Shown one piece after another: positions 50,952 through 53,007 of a stretch of 53,007 nt of DNA. This stretch comes from Verrucomicrobiota bacterium (GTDB lineage: Bacteria; Verrucomicrobiota; Verrucomicrobiia; Limisphaerales; CANJXF01), in NCBI GenBank assembly GCA_038214755.1, contig JBBQRQ010000026.1, positions 1 to 53,007 of the forward strand, read 5' to 3'. The notes under the pieces were generated by a model. It was not told where the DNA came from. It did not search any database and saw only the letters and a program-made list of their open reading frames with translations. The position numbers were made by a program, and so were the translations under genes. Numbering within the stretch: position 1 is the first letter of the stretch; each line of letters begins with the position of its first letter.

Positions 50952-52310
50952 TTATTTACCCTCCGCCGCGAGCGACACGCAGACTATCTCCTGATCGTTT
51001 CGCGCATAGACACATTTGTTCGCGAACGCGGGATGCGACCACACTACCAGCCGCCCGGCATCGCGATTGGTAGGATCGAGCAAGTGGGCGCGGCTGATCT
51101 CCTCGTATTTCTCAGGACTTAGTTTCGCGATGATGAGGTCGCCCTTTTCATTGAAGAGAAAACAGCGCTCGCCGTTCTTCACGATGAACGCATTGCCCCA
51201 TCGTTCCGACTTGCCGGTAGTTGGCTCAAACGTTTCCCAAATGCGTTCGCCCGTGTCAGCTTTCAGGCAACGGAACTGTCCATAGCTGCACGGCCCGTAA
51301 ATGTAACCATCCTCAATGATTGGTGTGGCAAAGACGCTATGCAGGCCATCCGTATCCTTCTCGCTGACCTTCTTGCTCGCCCAGACCAGCGAAGGTTTAT
51401 CTTTGCCGACACGCAGCATCAAGGAGCCATTATAAAAAGAAGTAAGGTAAAGCTGGCCGCCGTATTGGCGCGGAGTAGGAATAGTCATGCCCGACTGGAT
51501 CGACCTGGTCAGCGGGTATGACCAATAGACTTTGCCCGTCTCGGGGTCGAGTGAGTTCACCGCTTCAGGATGCCAGAGGATGAGTTGCCGTTTTCCGGCG
51601 AACTCATAGATCATGGGCGGAGCGTAACCCGGCTCCTTCGCACTGAGCGCGCGCCAGAGTTCCTTGCCGCTGTCCTTGTCGAAGGCCACCGCTACACTAC
51701 CTACGCCGCCCACCAGGCAGATTAACTTCTTATCGTCAATGAGCGGATGACCGGCGAAACCCCATGTCGGAGTCTTGACACCAAAATCTTTTTTGAAATT
51801 GCGCGACCAAAGTAACGCGCCCTTCTTCGCGTCGAGACAGACCAGGTTCCCTTCCGCTCCGACCGTATAAACTTTTCCCGCGTGAACCGTCGGTGTGGCT
51901 CGCGGGCCTGACGCATAACTCACGGTGTATGGACAATTATACTCATGTTGCCAAAGAATTTTTCCATCAGCTTCGTTCAGGCACAGCACGCGTTCGCTGC
52001 CGGGAATCTCGCCACGAGCAAACGGATTGGCCGGGTTGGTTGCGCCTTTGCCCAACTGACGGTCCATGACATAGACGCGGCCTTCAGCCACGGCCGGCCC
52101 GCTGTAGCCGCCGCCAATCGGAGCGCGCCAGCGAAATTTCAAACCGCTCGTGGGAAATTTTTCGACAATGCCCGTCTCGCGCCACACAGCATCGCGCTGA
52201 GGTCCGAGCCATTGCGGCCAATCGTCCGCGCGAAGAAATAACGTCATCAACGAAAGAATTCCAAGAATGATGACGATTGGGCGTGGAGCAAAAGGTCGGA
52301 AAGTTTTCAT
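50952..52310 (-). CDS. PQQ-binding-like beta-propeller protein
   Basis: DDWPQWLGP-R, GYSGPAV, repeated LDA-TG-LLW, WSHPAFAN. Confidence 0.9.
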   Translation of the reverse strand: MKTFRPFAPRPIVIILGILSLMTLFLRADDWPQWLGPQRDAVWRETGIVEKFPTSGLKFRWRAPIGGGYSGPAVAEGRVYVMDRQLGKGATNPANPFARGEIPGSERVLCLNEADGKILWQHEYNCPYTVSYASGPRATPTVHAGKVYTVGAEGNLVCLDAKKGALLWSRNFKKDFGVKTPTWGFAGHPLIDDKKLICLVGGVGSVAVAFDKDSGKELWRALSAKEPGYAPPMIYEFAGKRQLILWHPEAVNSLDPETGKVYWSYPLTRSIQSGMTIPTPRQYGGQLYLTSFYNGSLMLRVGKDKPSLVWASKKVSEKDTDGLHSVFATPIIEDGYIYGPCSYGQFRCLKADTGERIWETFEPTTGKSERWGNAFIVKNGERCFLFNEKGDLIIAKLSPEKYEEISRAHLLDPTNRDAGRLVVWSHPAFANKCVYARNDQEIVCVSLAAEGK

Positions 52311-52437
52311 TGGTAGTTAAAGGCGCGCAGGATTTTCACGTTTCACGTTTTATTCTCGGCCAAAATGATAGTGACCTTCGCGCGGACTATCCAAGAATAA
52401 CTTCCCAAAAATAGCGCGGGCAGTTAAACATTCCCAC

Positions 52438-53007
52438 ATGCCACCGAACACTGGAGAAAGGATTTACAAAGGAATTCCTGTCTCGGTCGGCGTCTGTCGC
52501 GGAAAAATTCTGGTGCTTCGCGAAGTCGAACTCTCCATCCCACGCCGCATTTTGTCTGAAGAAGAACTTCCGGAGCAAATCAAACGCCTGGAGCGAGCGA
52601 TTACCGAAACGCGCAAGCAACTCCTCGAGGTGCAACACAAAGTCAGCGAAGGTCTCGGCGCGGAGGATGCCAGTATTTTTGACGCCCATCTTCTCGTCCT
52701 GGAAGACCAGACTTTGCTCGATGAAGTCATTCGCCTGATTCAAAAGGAGAAGGTCAATGTCGAATACGCTTTCCATCAAGTCGCCGAACGTTATGCCAAA
52801 ACCTTGCGCGCCATCGATGATGAATATCTTCGCGAACGGGCTGGCGACATGCGCGATGTCACCGACCGACTTTTAAATAATTTACTCGGACGCAATCGTC
52901 CGATTGATCTGCAAAAACTGACCGAGCCGTGCATCCTCATCAGCCACGATTTCGCTCCATCCGTCACCGCTTTATTCGACAAAAAAATCGTGCTCGGTTT
53001 TGCCACT
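52438..53007 (+). CDS. ptsI: PTS enzyme I, 5' part (runs off window; absent from ORF track)
   Basis: Hand translation: KGIPVSVG, ASIFDAHLLVLED, YLRERAGDMRDV. Confidence 0.9.
   Translation, partial: MPPNTGERIYKGIPVSVGVCRGKILVLREVELSIPRRILSEEELPEQIKRLERAITETRKQLLEVQHKVSEGLGAEDASIFDAHLLVLEDQTLLDEVIRLIQKEKVNVEYAFHQVAERYAKTLRAIDDEYLRERAGDMRDVTDRLLNNLLGRNRPIDLQKLTEPCILISHDFAPSVTALFDKKIVLGFAT

Noticed and set aside
52334..52352. tttcacgtttcacgtttt as a parS site
   Set aside because: It is a direct heptamer repeat, not the palindromic TGTTTCACGTGAAACA consensus.

Overview
53 kb of bacterial chromosome. The gene repertoire suggests Verrucomicrobiota (Pedosphaera/Limisphaerales-like), which is an inference: prepilin H-X9-DG proteins, LamG and choice-of-anchor secreted proteins with a shared ...F(Y/F)R C-terminal domain, and dense palindromic intergenic repeats. 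The backbone comprises parB, leuD, mlaEFD, a PIN/TRAM protein, an MBL hydrolase, ilvD, 2-oxoacid dehydrogenase E1a/E1b/E2, a ferredoxin, two PAS kinases, tRNA-Val, a GH43/LamG glycan locus and the start of ptsI. Four things stand out. (1) At 15.4-29.5 kb, accessory cargo is bracketed by orphan copies of housekeeping-gene ends: three extra ilvD 3' ends, two nfo 5' ends, a duplicated E1-beta 3' end and an rlmI-like 3' end. No integrase or transposase is visible in the window. (2) A structurally intact tRNA-Ser has the rare anticodon ACT. (3) Many REP/MITE-like palindrome families occur, including a triple-nested one. (4) Uncharacterised small two-gene modules lie within the cargo. All product calls come from motif recognition by eye; no database searches were run.
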